Below are positions 17,681 through 27,973 of a stretch of DNA of 64,000 bases, one piece after another. The stretch is from IMG/VR virus record IMGVR_UViG_3300034355_000809. One strand, written 5' to 3'. A program made the position numbers and the translations under genes. The first letter of the stretch is position 1; every line of letters begins with the position of its first letter. Under the pieces are notes generated by a model that saw only the letters and a list, made by a program, of their open reading frames with translations, searched no databases and was not told the origin of the DNA. The stretch comes from a virus.

Positions 17681-20600
17681 ATGACTAGGCCATCAAGTGT
17701 TGGTGGATATAATTTCTTAGGTTTAAGAGAAATAAGCGTAGACACAGCTTTCGATAGAGGAATATTTAGTCATCTTCCAGCAGATCAACAATTAGAAGCT
17801 AGAAGATTATTTGGAGCTATTGCCAGAAAAGATCCTGTATCTAGAAGGTTTGGATATACTGCTCTAAGTGGAGTTTATGAAAATCAAAGTGGACAAATAT
17901 TAGATACCACAAAAATTAGATCAGCTGCAAGATCTTCTGTTGATTTCTTAACAGATCAACTTAAGATACCTTTTGTAAACTTCAACCCACTACAGATGCT
18001 TGGTTTTGGTGGCGCAGCAGGTATAGATAAAAACAAAGAGTTTGAATTTCTCCCAGGAACTTCAAGGCAAGCTTTCCTCGGTGGTGCTCAAGCTCCAGAT
18101 GTCTATATGTGGACAAAAAAGAAAAATAGATTATTTGGAGATACTGGAAACTTAGTTGGCTTTACTGAGGGCCAAGGCATAAAAGCTATGCCTGGAGAGT
18201 ACAAGAGATTCTCCTCTGTTGAAACAGATCTTTTTGCACGCGCAGCTCGTTTATCTTCCGCAAGAGATGGTATAAGAGCTTCTGAAGTAGAAGGTTCTCG
18301 TGTAACAAGAAGGGAAAGATTCAGTAGATTCTTTGACATAGATGAAGAGCAGCCAAACTCAATTTTTAGGTATGCAAGAAGATTTAGAAAAAGATATACA
18401 GACATAAACAATCCTCAGATAATGAGTCAATTGTTGCAAGAGGGTGAAGTAGTAAACCCGATAACAAAAAGAAGAATTTCCTTAACTCAAACAGATGGTG
18501 AATTTAGTGTAGTTGACCAAGCTGGTAGGCAAGTTCATAATCATACTGATGTTTTAAAAGCATTTGATTCTTTTAGAGAGCAGACTGAGTTAGCAGCAAC
18601 GCCACGAAGAGTAATGAGATCTATAGAAGAGAAATTTGGATTACCACTTCTTGATGTCGGACAGGGAAGAAAGTTAGCTGTAAGCGAATTACAAACTCCG
18701 CAAGATATTGTTGCAGCAGTAGAAGCTACTAAAATAAGATTTGAATCTCTAAAAGGCAGATTAAGATACGGTGGAACTCAAACAGAGGGTTTGACTAGGC
18801 AAATAAATAGACTAACTAATCTAGCTGAAGATACAGAAATTCTTTCTGCCGCTCAAATAAAAAACGCATCTCCATCAATTTTAAATAGAGCTGATCGCTT
18901 AAGAAATGTTCTTCATAGAACGCTTCTAGAAATGGATGCATATGAAAACATGGCAGGTAATCCAACTGAATTAGCTATCAAGGTTGAAGAAGCAATAGCA
19001 AGTTTGGCAAAAGATAAATTAATTTCACCAAACCAAATAGCGGAAGCTAGAGCAGCTGGACTTTCGACAGTTCTAAACATAGCATCGTTTAGAAATTTTG
19101 ATGTAGCTGCGCAAAATGGAAGAAATGCTGCCAGTACATTATCTTACTTAACCGAACAAAGATCAAGTAATCCAGAATTCAAAAAAGCTTTAAAAAGATT
19201 AACTCAGCCATATAGTTCTCAATCAATATCTAACGTTGGCGCAGCTGGATTTAGTAGGTATTCTTCTATTGTAAGACCTACCTTTAGAAAATTTACAAGC
19301 GTTGCACCCTATCAGGTTGACGAGCTGTCTGAGAACCCACTAGGTAATGCTGGGCTGACATTTGTTCCTACTTTTGGTACAGTTGTAGATAGAGCATTTA
19401 CTGGTGAAAGTTCATTTGGAAAAATAGGGCTAAGTGTATTAGGCGCAAATTCTTATTCAGATCCAAATAGTTTTAGCGCAGCTTCAATTGCATCGATACA
19501 TCTGAGCGATAGATTAAATAGATATCCTGGTACAGTTGGATTAGGATTAACTCCAGAAAATTATGGAAGTCCATTAGGTTTCTTTGCAAAAGGATTAGTA
19601 ACTAGAAGAGTACTTCCAATTTTTGCAGCTGGTGCAACAGTAATAGCAGCAGACAGAACTATAGGTGGCTATACCCAACCCAAAGATGCTAGAGGTGAAA
19701 GAGTATACTCGCCATACTTTGGCACCAAGCTTGCTAGAGGAGCAGTTGAAGTCCAGTCAATAGCTTCTGGTATCACTCCTGGTGGAATGGGCTATGGAGA
19801 AAAGAAAGAACAATTACTGGAAGGGGAAGTGCCAATAAAGCAAGGTAGGTATTGGCCACTTGGCGTTACACCATTTGGTGGAGGAAAGACTTCGTATTAT
19901 AGGCCTTCATACTACAGAAGAATGCAGTCAGGCAGCACATATACTTCTGATGCATTTGGTTCTCCAATGGAAAGATTGGCTTATGGCTACGATTTTTCTC
20001 CATTGCGACCATTTGATCCATACAGATTTGAAAGAAAACATTACTACGACAGGCCAGCACCTCTAACTGGCGAATACTTTACTGGACCATTTGGGCCAAT
20101 AACTCCAGCTCTCAACTTAACTGTAGGCAAGATTCTAAAACCACAGGTAAGAATGCATGAGCAGGAAGTTGAAAATGCTCTTAGCCAGTATGTTCCTGCG
20201 GGAGCACAAGGGGCTTACAATCCGACTGGAATAATGTCTTCTGGGCGCTTGACTATGGTTGGTCCTGGAGGTTATATAGGGGCACAGACAGCTGGTCCAA
20301 GATCATCTTTAATGGTCTCGGGCAACCAAATAGGTAGTTATAATAGTTCGCTATCAGCATCAGCGGGTTCCCCATTAAATACTGCAAGAAATATATCCTT
20401 TAATACAATTGCAACTGCAAACCAAGGATACATCGAAGCTGGGCAATATGGTCCACCACCAGTTCCTGGATTTATCCCTCCAGGAATTGCACCAGCAGGA
20501 AAACCAGCCAATATTGGAAGTAGTGGATTCCAAATGTCGGAGATGGCCTATAGAACTCAGGAAATGGCTGGTATATATGGATTTAGTTTCTCTAGCTTAA

Positions 20601-22258
20601 GAGAAGGTTTAGGATTTGGTAACAGTGATTTCCAACCAAATAGAGCCGTACTGCAATCATCTTCAAAGAGCTATGGAATAGGTAGATCATTTTGGGATAT
20701 GAACCTTGGTGGTTTGGGCGACGTCCCACTGGGAATGGAAAATGGATTTAGTGGATTAGAACTTTCAGAAATAACAAGAAGATTTATTCCTAAGGAAAGA
20801 ACAGATATTACATATTTGAATCCCATAAAAAATACTATGGGACAAAAGTATCCGTTTCTTCCTGGATCAGATTATTTTACCAATTTCCAAACAGGAGATC
20901 CATTCACAAAAATACAAGAAGGCGAGTTAAGGTTACCTGGTGTCACATACGAAAGGTTGAATCCAACTAGAAGAGATTACACTAACCCAGTAACACAACT
21001 AGACATACTTGGAGATGTTGCACCTTACTCAAGGCAATATCGAGCACTTGATAGGCAGCTAACAATGGGGATGCTGTCGCCAGCAGAAAGAATTGAAGTA
21101 GAAGAAATAAGAGGGCAAGTTGCAGAAACAACTAGAAAAAATACATTTAAGCCATATAAATATAAATATAATTCTGCAGAAGAATTAGGTATAAGTCAGG
21201 CAAAAAAAAGCATAGGTCAACTTGGCGAATATCTTGCCCATAAAGATACATATATTAATACTAAACTATTTCCTAATAGAACTGCTCAAGAAGATTGGGA
21301 AAGAAGAAATGTTTATGGTTCATCATTCCCTGAATGGCAAAGTCCAATTGATAGCTTCGTTAAACCAATATTATATAAATCAACTCAAAGAAATCCTCTG
21401 ACAGCTGCACTTGGTACTGCATTTATAGCATCATTTGCTGGTGTAGGGACCACAGGAAAAGCAATAACTTCAGCAATAGGTTTTTCTGCTGGGCTAGCTT
21501 ATTCTGGTTACCAAAACATAAAACAAAAAGTTACTGGCGAAAGGTTTATACCAAAACCAAGAAAAGAACAAATGGCTTTGGAAGAATATACAGACATTCT
21601 TTCTTATGTAAAAAATAGAAGACTTGCAAACGAAGCTGCACAAGCAGGAGATAATGCGGCAGCTGCTCAATTTACGCAAGCAGCGAAGAGAACAATGTAT
21701 GGGGCAGACTTATATAACAGCTCTATGCCTTCTGACTCATATGGCAATAGTATAGACACATTATCTTTAGCTATACCAAAAAGAAAAAGAGAACATTTTA
21801 AAGCAATGATTGCAGCACCAGAAGAAGAAAGAGATGCGATTCTTTCAACAGCTCCAAGGCTAGAAAGAAGAATTTATCAAGCAGCATGGGGTAGACCAGT
21901 TGAAGAAAAACCAGATCTTACAGAATTTTTTTCTAGACACGAACTGCCAGATCTAAGCTGGGAAGGATGGCACCCGAATACAAGCATGGAACATATTAAA
22001 ATAAAGATGGGACAGAATGCAGGAATTAACATGTCTCAGATGGGTTATTACCCACAGCAAATTCGTGAAGCAAATTTAACTAATCCATCATATCCAAACT
22101 ATGAATCATCTCAAAACCCAGAAAACACAGCAGCGCAATTAAGGTTAATGATGTCTAGGAACGGAATAAATGGATCAGTTACACCAGTTAGAAACAATGG
22201 TGGTGGCTCTGCGATCAATATATCATCAGGTCTTGCTGGCCTAGCTACGCTACTATAA
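17681..22258 (+). CDS. Large virion protein (tape-measure-like), C-terminal segment
   Basis: 1525 aa ORF with hydrophobic A/G-rich stretches. The frame is open upstream of the ATG to 17504 and there is no clear RBS. Confidence 0.6.
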   Translation: MTRPSSVGGYNFLGLREISVDTAFDRGIFSHLPADQQLEARRLFGAIARKDPVSRRFGYTALSGVYENQSGQILDTTKIRSAARSSVDFLTDQLKIPFVNFNPLQMLGFGGAAGIDKNKEFEFLPGTSRQAFLGGAQAPDVYMWTKKKNRLFGDTGNLVGFTEGQGIKAMPGEYKRFSSVETDLFARAARLSSARDGIRASEVEGSRVTRRERFSRFFDIDEEQPNSIFRYARRFRKRYTDINNPQIMSQLLQEGEVVNPITKRRISLTQTDGEFSVVDQAGRQVHNHTDVLKAFDSFREQTELAATPRRVMRSIEEKFGLPLLDVGQGRKLAVSELQTPQDIVAAVEATKIRFESLKGRLRYGGTQTEGLTRQINRLTNLAEDTEILSAAQIKNASPSILNRADRLRNVLHRTLLEMDAYENMAGNPTELAIKVEEAIASLAKDKLISPNQIAEARAAGLSTVLNIASFRNFDVAAQNGRNAASTLSYLTEQRSSNPEFKKALKRLTQPYSSQSISNVGAAGFSRYSSIVRPTFRKFTSVAPYQVDELSENPLGNAGLTFVPTFGTVVDRAFTGESSFGKIGLSVLGANSYSDPNSFSAASIASIHLSDRLNRYPGTVGLGLTPENYGSPLGFFAKGLVTRRVLPIFAAGATVIAADRTIGGYTQPKDARGERVYSPYFGTKLARGAVEVQSIASGITPGGMGYGEKKEQLLEGEVPIKQGRYWPLGVTPFGGGKTSYYRPSYYRRMQSGSTYTSDAFGSPMERLAYGYDFSPLRPFDPYRFERKHYYDRPAPLTGEYFTGPFGPITPALNLTVGKILKPQVRMHEQEVENALSQYVPAGAQGAYNPTGIMSSGRLTMVGPGGYIGAQTAGPRSSLMVSGNQIGSYNSSLSASAGSPLNTARNISFNTIATANQGYIEAGQYGPPPVPGFIPPGIAPAGKPANIGSSGFQMSEMAYRTQEMAGIYGFSFSSLREGLGFGNSDFQPNRAVLQSSSKSYGIGRSFWDMNLGGLGDVPLGMENGFSGLELSEITRRFIPKERTDITYLNPIKNTMGQKYPFLPGSDYFTNFQTGDPFTKIQEGELRLPGVTYERLNPTRRDYTNPVTQLDILGDVAPYSRQYRALDRQLTMGMLSPAERIEVEEIRGQVAETTRKNTFKPYKYKYNSAEELGISQAKKSIGQLGEYLAHKDTYINTKLFPNRTAQEDWERRNVYGSSFPEWQSPIDSFVKPILYKSTQRNPLTAALGTAFIASFAGVGTTGKAITSAIGFSAGLAYSGYQNIKQKVTGERFIPKPRKEQMALEEYTDILSYVKNRRLANEAAQAGDNAAAAQFTQAAKRTMYGADLYNSSMPSDSYGNSIDTLSLAIPKRKREHFKAMIAAPEEERDAILSTAPRLERRIYQAAWGRPVEEKPDLTEFFSRHELPDLSWEGWHPNTSMEHIKIKMGQNAGINMSQMGYYPQQIREANLTNPSYPNYESSQNPENTAAQLRLMMSRNGINGSVTPVRNNGGGSAINISSGLAGLATLL

Positions 22259-22262
22259 CATC

Positions 22263-23177
22263 ATGCCAAGTACGTTTAACCCTAAGGTGGAAGCCACTAG
22301 AAGAGTTTTAAGTAGAACACCTGCCTACTCCATTCTTAAGGTAGAAGATTCTGGAAATATAGTAAATATAGTTACTGGTGTATCTTTCACCAATTTGCAA
22401 AAAGCAATTGATGATTTATCTAATTATAATTTGGTTGACTTTAGAAGGTTTGGTTCAGATCCTTTTTCCATGGGCCAAAGTGTTGGCAGTGCCCCCACTC
22501 AATCTGAGCTGTTACACCTTAATGCCTTTCTAAGAGATCCTTCATCAGAGCTAGCATTGCGCAATAGAGGTTTGGGTCATTTGTTTGGTCAACAACTAGA
22601 CGCAGCTTACATGCAATTTAATTGGGGAACAAACAAAGCAACGTTACAAAACCTAATGGATAAAGGTTCACCCTACGCTAAGTACACTGGCGGAACTATA
22701 TTAAGTGACGAAGGAATGATAAGAGTATCACACATGATCAGTGGTACAGACACTATATTGACTGCAGCCCAACAATCAATGCTAAAATCCCTAGCTGGAG
22801 CACCAACCTTTACGCCCGATTTTATAAAAGGTATTTTTTCTGACATTTCATCTACAGCTACCTTGCCTGTAGGCAGCAATGAAAGAACAAGAGTCCTTTC
22901 AAAGATTGCTGGTGCATTAGGTAAATTGCCAAAAAGACAATCAAGAAACGTTTCTCCAAGAGATGTTGGACTTGAAACTGGAGACTTAGATAGAGCTCTT
23001 ACATCATTTAGGACTAGCACCGGACAAAGAGCAGAAGACTTAGTATTTGGTTTTGATGGTACCTCTTTACTTTTAAGAAAAGCAGCTGGTGATACAACAA
23101 TAGATGCAGCAAGTGATCTACTTCTAGCATCTGCTGGTGGCATTACCCGAAAACGGAATTTTTCTAACACAAGATGA
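22263..23177 (+). CDS. N-terminal segment of a large virion protein; predicted to join the 23137-27501 frame by +1 frameshift (~1745 aa)
   Basis: ATG 5 nt after the upstream stop. Overlaps the +1 frame between 23128 and 23174. Confidence 0.6.
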   Translation: MPSTFNPKVEATRRVLSRTPAYSILKVEDSGNIVNIVTGVSFTNLQKAIDDLSNYNLVDFRRFGSDPFSMGQSVGSAPTQSELLHLNAFLRDPSSELALRNRGLGHLFGQQLDAAYMQFNWGTNKATLQNLMDKGSPYAKYTGGTILSDEGMIRVSHMISGTDTILTAAQQSMLKSLAGAPTFTPDFIKGIFSDISSTATLPVGSNERTRVLSKIAGALGKLPKRQSRNVSPRDVGLETGDLDRALTSFRTSTGQRAEDLVFGFDGTSLLLRKAAGDTTIDAASDLLLASAGGITRKRNFSNTR

Positions 23178-26100
23178 CGCACTTCAACAAGTGCTTGGCT
23201 ATGCTGGCTTAAAAAATCCACTGAAAGACGTAAACAAACATAATTTTTCTGAGAGACTTGCAGAAGATCTTAGAGACGCTTTAGCATACACCGATCCAGA
23301 TCGTCCAACATTAACCATTCACCAAAAATTGAAAGCTGTAGTTGCTCAAAAAGGTATAGGAGTTGGAACTCTTACTGAAGAGCAAAAAAAAATTAATCAA
23401 CTTTATGGTAGTTTAGTAGAAGATTTGTCGGACAATATTGATCCAGCATTTGACGGCTTTTTAAGTATGCAAAGTGAATTTTTTCAAGTAACTCTTAGAC
23501 AAAAACAATCTCAATTGTCCGCAGAAATATCAGCGCTTTCTGCTCGAGGCGAAGGTGCCCTTACAAGTGAAGACGTAAAAAGAATTAGAGAGCTTTCTGG
23601 AGAAGTAGAAAAATTAGAAGATGCTTTAATAAATCACTCAAGATCATCAATATCGGTCACTGGTCAAGGTGGAGCAGGATCACTTAAAGCAAAAGGTCAA
23701 TTTAAAACTTTAGATGATCTCATTAATTCAGCAATGCCGGGTTATACCTTTACTGGTGATCAACCAGGAGCTGGCATGAAAATAGCAGATGAAATTCTTC
23801 AACTTGAAGAAATGGACGCGTTAGGCATATTGAGCCCAGAAGAACAAATGCTTCTTGATCGACTAACAAGAGCACAAACCGGAGCAGAGGTTTTAGAAAG
23901 ATATGCAATATGGACATCTAATCTAAACATTAAAAGAGAAATGGGTAACGAAGCTACTAGAAGCATGACTTTTAATATTGCCACAAGTCACAGTAGTACT
24001 GTATTTACAGAGCCGATGGGGCTTCTTGTGGATCCAGAATCAATGAATGAACAAGTAGTAGCAGGCATAAGATCAAACCTAGCTGCAGCTCAAGCAAGAA
24101 CAGATGATTTTTTTGCAACTGGACAACTGCCAAAAGGATTTTTGGAAAGTCTTATATACGAAGGAAAACAAATTGGTTTGATTAGTCAAGAAGGAGTGCC
24201 ATTAGCAGAACCAACCATACCAAATACGAACTTACCTCAATCAGCACTTGACGCAACTACAAGAGGTTTAGCAAAAAGAAACAGAGCAGAATATCAACAA
24301 ATATTTGATCTACTACAACAAGGTTCTGACCCAAGGACAATTCCACAATTAGTTAATAGAGTTAGAGCTTTTAACTCAACAGATGCTTTTAGGACAAAAG
24401 ATGGCGAAATTAATTTAGCTCTCCCAACTGCTAGAAGAAGTGAAATAAGAACTTATGAGTCAGGATTCGAAACATTCCCAGGAGTAGTTGAGGGCGGACT
24501 TGATGTTCGTGATGTAAAATTACCAGATGGATCTGTAGTACGAGTTCCCTTTGTTCAGACAACAGCTAAGGGCGAACTCACATACATGACTGGTACTGCT
24601 GCCTCACAACAAAAAGGAGCTTTGTCAACATTTGACTTGGACGATACAATTATTGGTTCTGTTAGAACATTCCTTAATCAAGATGGAAAAATAAGAATAG
24701 CTCAAGTAAAAGAAAGAGACCCTAAAGGTCTGCAAGAAACATTTTACTCTGTTCCAAACTTTAGAGCTGCTTCACAAGTTCAAAGATTTTTTGAAGGCTC
24801 AGGTAATATATCTAAAAAAATGCTTGAAAGTTTTTCTGGTGCAACTATAAGCGACGAAGTAAGACAAGAGTTTATTGATCGAGGATATGATCCAGACGAT
24901 ATAGATGAAGTCTATAGCCAATTTAAAACAATACTACGTCCAAAAGCGGATGGAACATTTGGTTATAAAAGTACAATGGGAACTGAATTTTTTCCGGGTG
25001 AAAATCAAGTAACTCTTGCAGAGGCAATGATTGAAAGATCTATAAGAACTTCAATAGGTGCTCCAATCCCAGAGATACCTGCTGACCAGTTAGCAACTTT
25101 AGCTAAATTAGGTAGCTCCTCAATAAGAGGACGAAATGCAATAGATCCAGCCACTGGCATGACAGTACAAGTAGCAAAGTCTCTCAGAGCAGATCAAGCA
25201 GCACCTTATTCTTTAAGAAATGTTTCAGAATTTATGACTCGAGCTGCTCCAGCAGAAGAAACAATGGCAGAAGCTTTGAGATTAGTAAATGATCAACTAC
25301 CAGCTAGTGCAAGTAGATTAACCTTAGAGCAATTAGGCCCTTTTATGGCCGGCACACACTCAGTAGCTGGCTTAAGTCCACGAGATGCTGAGCAAATTGG
25401 AAATTTTGCCATTGAGCAATTGAGTGAAGCTGAAACATTAAAAGCAGTATTATTTTCTGAAACCAGAAACACAATTGGAGTTTCGTCAAATAGAGCAGCA
25501 ATCGTTGCATCTGCTCAAAATATGATTAATGAGGCCATGGGCACAGGCGAGATGTTCAAAGAGTTTGGCTCCTATGCCCCACAAATTAGTAAAAGATTTT
25601 TGGGTAACTATGGTATTAATACAATAGCTCCCTCCAATGTTGTTGACTTAGTAAAACAAGTAAGCGGCGGAAATGTTGTAGTTCCTCTAGCAGAAGCTTT
25701 AGCTCAAACTACTAATGCTCAAGAGAGGGAATCAATAACCAGTGCATACGAAGCTTTAGCGACAGTGGGAAGAAGATTGGGAAAAAAGACAATTGACGGT
25801 AGTGTCCTCGCTGCAGAAAATATTTCAAATTTTGAAATTGGAGATGTACTTGAAGCAACAGTAGATCAATCTGCTAGAGCTATTGGTGTTACTAGAGCAT
25901 CTGATATTGTAAGGGGAAAAACATCTGGAGAACTAATAGGTTTTGACCCAGTTGCTTTTGCTGAAAGAATGACAGTTCCAGAAGATCGAGAAGCGCTTAG
26001 AGCAAACATCGTACAAGGCATGAGGGAATACTTAGAACAAGCAACGGGTTATGTACCGATTTCTCAAAGAAAAAGAGTTATGGATGAGCTAAAAAGAATT

Positions 26101-27501
26101 GAGGCCATGAATGCTGACGAGTTTGAAAAGTCTATATTTTTGCAATCAGGAACACCACAATACGACAGACATGCTAATACCGCAAAAGCAAAGGCTCTTG
26201 CACTTGAGGTACAAATTAATGAATCAAAGGATGATATTGCAACAAGAAGATTAGCCGCAAGGTCACAAAGAGCATTAGGCGTAGCTGAATATAGAGAGGC
26301 AGCTAGGAAATCTCTACGTCGTCCAGAAGTTTCAGATTTATTTAAACAAATGCAACTATTAGGAGAACAAGAGGCAGAAGAAATAAATAAAGGCAAAAAA
26401 CTTTCAAGAGGTTTTCAAGAGGAAAGAAGAGTGATCAAATCAGACCTGGCTACGAAAATGTCGACAAGCCTAAGAGCAATCAGGAATAACTATCCATCTG
26501 GCAATGTCTTAGACATAATAGACACTCTTGAATCAGAAATGGCTACCATCTACGGTGAACAAGGCAGAAGTATATTTACCGAACTTGGCCAAATTGGTGC
26601 AGAAGACCAAATGATGTCTATATATAATTTAGCTATCAGACGCAGAAGTTTAGTAAATCAAAACAATAATATGGAACACTTTAATTATGTGCAAGAACTT
26701 TATAGAGATCATAAAGGTAGTGCATCAGCGGATTTATCAAGGCTCACACCAGAATCTGCTCAAGAACATATAAGATTTGATAGGAGTCTAGAAGTTGGCG
26801 ATAGAAGAATGGCTCCAGAGTTATTTGATTTTATGACACTAAGAGCAAGAACTCAAACTGCGCTTGGACATATGGGCGGAGAGCCAATAGATTCTTTGTC
26901 GGCTACCGAAGCTTTTAGATCATTGCAAAGATTAGAAGACTCAGCTAAAATAGAAAGAGAATTAGCAGAAATAACTGGGTCTGAAGCATTTACTGGACCA
27001 GCAACAGAGGATGTAGCTAGACTAACCGAAGAGTTAGCTATCAGAGATGCAGATGACACAATCGGACCAATTGCAAGAAGTCCATATAAAAGAATAACTG
27101 AATCATTCCAAGGTGGTGAATTAAAAAAACTTCTTGAAAGTAAAAATGTCAAAAGATCTGGAGTAGCTGCCATTGCTTTAATTGGTGGTAGTTTTTTATA
27201 TCAAAGAAATAAAAGAAAAGACTTAACTGAGGCTGATGTATCCGGACCACCACTTTTGCCTGGTGGTAGCGCATATGAAGATAGGCCAGCAACAAGACAG
27301 ATGGCACTGCAATCTGCACAGATCCAAAGCCAAGGTTATGGAATGCAATATCAGGTCAATACAACTGGCTCAATGGCGGATTTAAATAGGCTAAGAGGTC
27401 TATTTGGAGATGTTGTTGATGGCCCGATAAACAGTACTATGTATAACGGAATGCCATCTCTAGGCAAAGACCCTTACTCTGATATAGCCTCTAACTTTTA
27501 G
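23137..27501 (+). CDS. Large virion protein, putative divergent single-subunit two-barrel RNA polymerase homolog (C-terminal segment)
   Basis: Ordered motifs AFDG, GSLKAKG, IWTSNLNIK, LSTFDLDD, NTIGVSSN and SNVVDLVK recall the YonO/QDE-1/crAss RNAP motif series. Recognised by eye only. Confidence 0.45.
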   Translation: MALPENGIFLTQDDALQQVLGYAGLKNPLKDVNKHNFSERLAEDLRDALAYTDPDRPTLTIHQKLKAVVAQKGIGVGTLTEEQKKINQLYGSLVEDLSDNIDPAFDGFLSMQSEFFQVTLRQKQSQLSAEISALSARGEGALTSEDVKRIRELSGEVEKLEDALINHSRSSISVTGQGGAGSLKAKGQFKTLDDLINSAMPGYTFTGDQPGAGMKIADEILQLEEMDALGILSPEEQMLLDRLTRAQTGAEVLERYAIWTSNLNIKREMGNEATRSMTFNIATSHSSTVFTEPMGLLVDPESMNEQVVAGIRSNLAAAQARTDDFFATGQLPKGFLESLIYEGKQIGLISQEGVPLAEPTIPNTNLPQSALDATTRGLAKRNRAEYQQIFDLLQQGSDPRTIPQLVNRVRAFNSTDAFRTKDGEINLALPTARRSEIRTYESGFETFPGVVEGGLDVRDVKLPDGSVVRVPFVQTTAKGELTYMTGTAASQQKGALSTFDLDDTIIGSVRTFLNQDGKIRIAQVKERDPKGLQETFYSVPNFRAASQVQRFFEGSGNISKKMLESFSGATISDEVRQEFIDRGYDPDDIDEVYSQFKTILRPKADGTFGYKSTMGTEFFPGENQVTLAEAMIERSIRTSIGAPIPEIPADQLATLAKLGSSSIRGRNAIDPATGMTVQVAKSLRADQAAPYSLRNVSEFMTRAAPAEETMAEALRLVNDQLPASASRLTLEQLGPFMAGTHSVAGLSPRDAEQIGNFAIEQLSEAETLKAVLFSETRNTIGVSSNRAAIVASAQNMINEAMGTGEMFKEFGSYAPQISKRFLGNYGINTIAPSNVVDLVKQVSGGNVVVPLAEALAQTTNAQERESITSAYEALATVGRRLGKKTIDGSVLAAENISNFEIGDVLEATVDQSARAIGVTRASDIVRGKTSGELIGFDPVAFAERMTVPEDREALRANIVQGMREYLEQATGYVPISQRKRVMDELKRIEAMNADEFEKSIFLQSGTPQYDRHANTAKAKALALEVQINESKDDIATRRLAARSQRALGVAEYREAARKSLRRPEVSDLFKQMQLLGEQEAEEINKGKKLSRGFQEERRVIKSDLATKMSTSLRAIRNNYPSGNVLDIIDTLESEMATIYGEQGRSIFTELGQIGAEDQMMSIYNLAIRRRSLVNQNNNMEHFNYVQELYRDHKGSASADLSRLTPESAQEHIRFDRSLEVGDRRMAPELFDFMTLRARTQTALGHMGGEPIDSLSATEAFRSLQRLEDSAKIERELAEITGSEAFTGPATEDVARLTEELAIRDADDTIGPIARSPYKRITESFQGGELKKLLESKNVKRSGVAAIALIGGSFLYQRNKRKDLTEADVSGPPLLPGGSAYEDRPATRQMALQSAQIQSQGYGMQYQVNTTGSMADLNRLRGLFGDVVDGPINSTMYNGMPSLGKDPYSDIASNF
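23154..23157 (+). other. Candidate +1 frameshift site 2 (AAA CGG A)
   Basis: Skipping one base gives ...GITRK-GIFLTQDD..., continuous with ORF 23137-27501. Confidence 0.55.
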
Positions 27502-27512
27502 GTATGTAAAAT

Positions 27513-27971
27513 ATGATTTTAGGTGCAGATTCACAAAACAAAAACTTAAAAGAAGCCGCCTCTAAACGAATAGACACATCTCCAAGAACCAAGACGGCTA
27601 ATGCTTTTGCTGCCAGAATAGCCACCAGCAAAAATGATAGCTCTGCCAGAAATAATGTTACAAACGATTCTAGATCAGTTCTTTCTAAAACAAAACCAGA
27701 CCCCATTAAAGGTTCGATGGAGGGCTACTCCAATAGTGTGACCACACTTATTCAAGGGGAGGGAGATGGGTACGATAACAAAGATTTTCAACACGCTAGA
27801 AACAATAAAAAGCAAATAAATGAAATTATATCAAATCAAAATATAAGTAACAAACTATCCAGTTCAGTTAAAAAGAATGGTATAATTACTAATCATAGTT
27901 CAAGCTTTAGTTCCAATAGCACAGCTGCTAAATTGAGTGAACATATTAAAACAGATAATTTATTTAGGTAA
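27513..27971 (+). CDS. Hypothetical S/N/K-rich protein
   Basis: 152 aa low-complexity ORF tightly spaced between its neighbours. Confidence 0.6.
   Translation: MILGADSQNKNLKEAASKRIDTSPRTKTANAFAARIATSKNDSSARNNVTNDSRSVLSKTKPDPIKGSMEGYSNSVTTLIQGEGDGYDNKDFQHARNNKKQINEIISNQNISNKLSSSVKKNGIITNHSSSFSSNSTAAKLSEHIKTDNLFR
27878..27886 (+). promoter_or_regulatory. Possible extended -10 promoter (TGgTATAAT)
   Basis: Consensus match about 90 nt upstream of ATG 27974, inside the upstream CDS. Confidence 0.35.
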
Positions 27972-27973
27972 AC

